A stretch of DNA of 63,607 bases, counting the filler, from Octopus bimaculoides (Eukaryota): the NCBI RefSeq assembly GCF_001194135.2. It is 3 parts of 3 records of this genome, joined end to end, with 100 filler letters (N's around TTAATTAATTAA, not from the genome) between each part and the next. Parts side by side here need not be neighbours in the genome. Positions count along the whole stretch, not along the records: positions 40,572 to 63,607 come from NC_068982.1; 2 more parts are not named here. One strand, 5' to 3'. The stretch's first letter is position 1. Every line of letters begins with the position of its first letter. Below, piece by piece: positions 62,382 through 63,607 of the stretch. The position numbers and the translations under genes were made by a program. The notes under the pieces are model-generated. The model was given only the letters and a program-made list of their open reading frames with translations, did no database searches and was not told the DNA's origin.

Positions 62382-63607
62382 CATACATATATATATATAT
62401 GGAGAGAGAGAATAATTTTTATTAAACCAAACAAGTACAAATATAGAAGAAATGAAATTCAAAATGCACTGAGAATATATTAGAATTAATTAAAATTTAA
62501 TGAGATTTTTGAATTTAGAAAATACACTTGAACAGTTTCATATTAGATTTTTAAAAGTGCACAGTATATCACGAATTATGACATATCTGTTTGTATAAAA
62601 TCTGTTTGTTTTCAAAGAAATGATCTGGTTGAGTACACTATACGCTAATACAAATTGGTTGATCAATGTTCATGAGTTTTGCTCATGTGACAGTCGAGCA
62701 ACAAGGCCAAGTAAAAGCATTTGCTTCATATGATCGTTCGAAAAGAGATATTTATTTTACAGTGTTTCCTCTCTAATTTTTATTCAAGTAATATAAGCTT
62801 CATTTTTTAAAAGCAATAAGAAGCAAATAAATAAATAAACGAATGTTCGCACACTATTTTATGAACAATTTCAAAAATTTATTTTGATCTAAATTTTCCC
62901 AAACACCTACAGTTTCATTTATCGCAGACTTTGTCTGATGAATGCTATACTGTTTTCTCCAGTATATTAAGTCAATATTTGCCTGCCTTATTAAATGTAG
63001 TAAAGGATTGTAATCTTCGATAACGTTGTCGGATGGCTTTCTTTGAAGTTGAAAAAAAACATTTTAACACCTTTTTCATTTATTGCTAATTTGACACTTT
63101 CAGCAACAGTAAAGCCTATTGAGTTTTTTCTTCACCCTTAGGCAAACAAATCCACATATTTCGACCATATTCTTAAGCTTTCCAATACGTTTTGCTGTAT
63201 GAATGCATTTGGAAACGACTGGCCAAATTGTAAAGAGTAAGGCTAGATATAGAACGTGAGAGTCTCATGTAGTATATTGTTCTATAAATCTTTCAAACGT
63301 TTTCTGTAGAATATTTGTCATAATTATGGGCTTCATCTACCCAAATTTTCATTTGGGCATGAGAATGCCCTCACTTTTCATAATCTAGTCTTCAAAGCTT
63401 TTGTGTAATGTTATCACAAAATGGACTATCTTTTGCCGAAAACACTTTATTGACTTTAGCGCTTGTAATCTGCGATAATAATGTTCACTAGCAAAAACAA
63501 CATCATTTCAACACATAGTGCATATTTTGACACCTAGAAGACATATATGTATGTATGTATGAACGTATGAATGTATGTATGTATGTATGTATGTATGCTT
63601 ATATATA

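Noticed and set aside
3228-62483. Long ORFs rich in [13 protein letters not shown] or LSLS in the ORF track
   Set aside because: Produced by N-gaps and dinucleotide microsatellites; no coding evidence.
62560-63540. Minus-strand decayed coding-like sequence (WVDEAHN etc.)
   Set aside because: Many stops in all frames and no family motif I can name; probably an old DNA-transposon relic, but unsupported.

Overview
This is AT-rich animal genomic DNA with no bacterial-style operons and no CRISPR array. It is dense in (CA)n/(TA)n/(TACA)n microsatellites, tRNA-derived SINEs and scaffold gaps. The SINE and repeat content is what I recall for Octopus (coleoid cephalopod); that assignment is from memory and not verified. 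The only host coding sequence I can support is part of a minus-strand, multi-exon gene for an extracellular SVEP1/SCUBE/uninflatable-like protein. Its exons lie at 39687-39405, 36200-36107, 33513-33352, 28273-28106 and probably 23368-23303, and encode a furin-type RKKR site and two Ephrin_rec_like (GCC2/GCC3) Cys modules. Everything else is transposon debris: at least 7 Penelope-like (PLE) fragments of two types; RTE, R4/Dong, L1/Tx1 and CR1-group LINE fragments; a D,D34D mariner and a mariner MITE; a hAT remnant; a Helitron 5' piece; two solo-LTR-like elements; and several SINE families. I do not see a new multi-gene system. The best leads are: (i) hammerhead-ribozyme-like cores in dispersed repeats; (ii) a PLE GIY-YIG nuclease whose two motif halves are separated by about 140 in-frame low-complexity codons; (iii) a GIY-YIG with its YIGET motif amplified 7 times; (iv) tandem non-Kruppel C2H2 finger pairs at LINE tails; (v) a tandemly repeated gag-like ORF1 unit. 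All family calls come from motif recognition by eye, no searches were run, and transposon boundaries are approximate (tens of bp).
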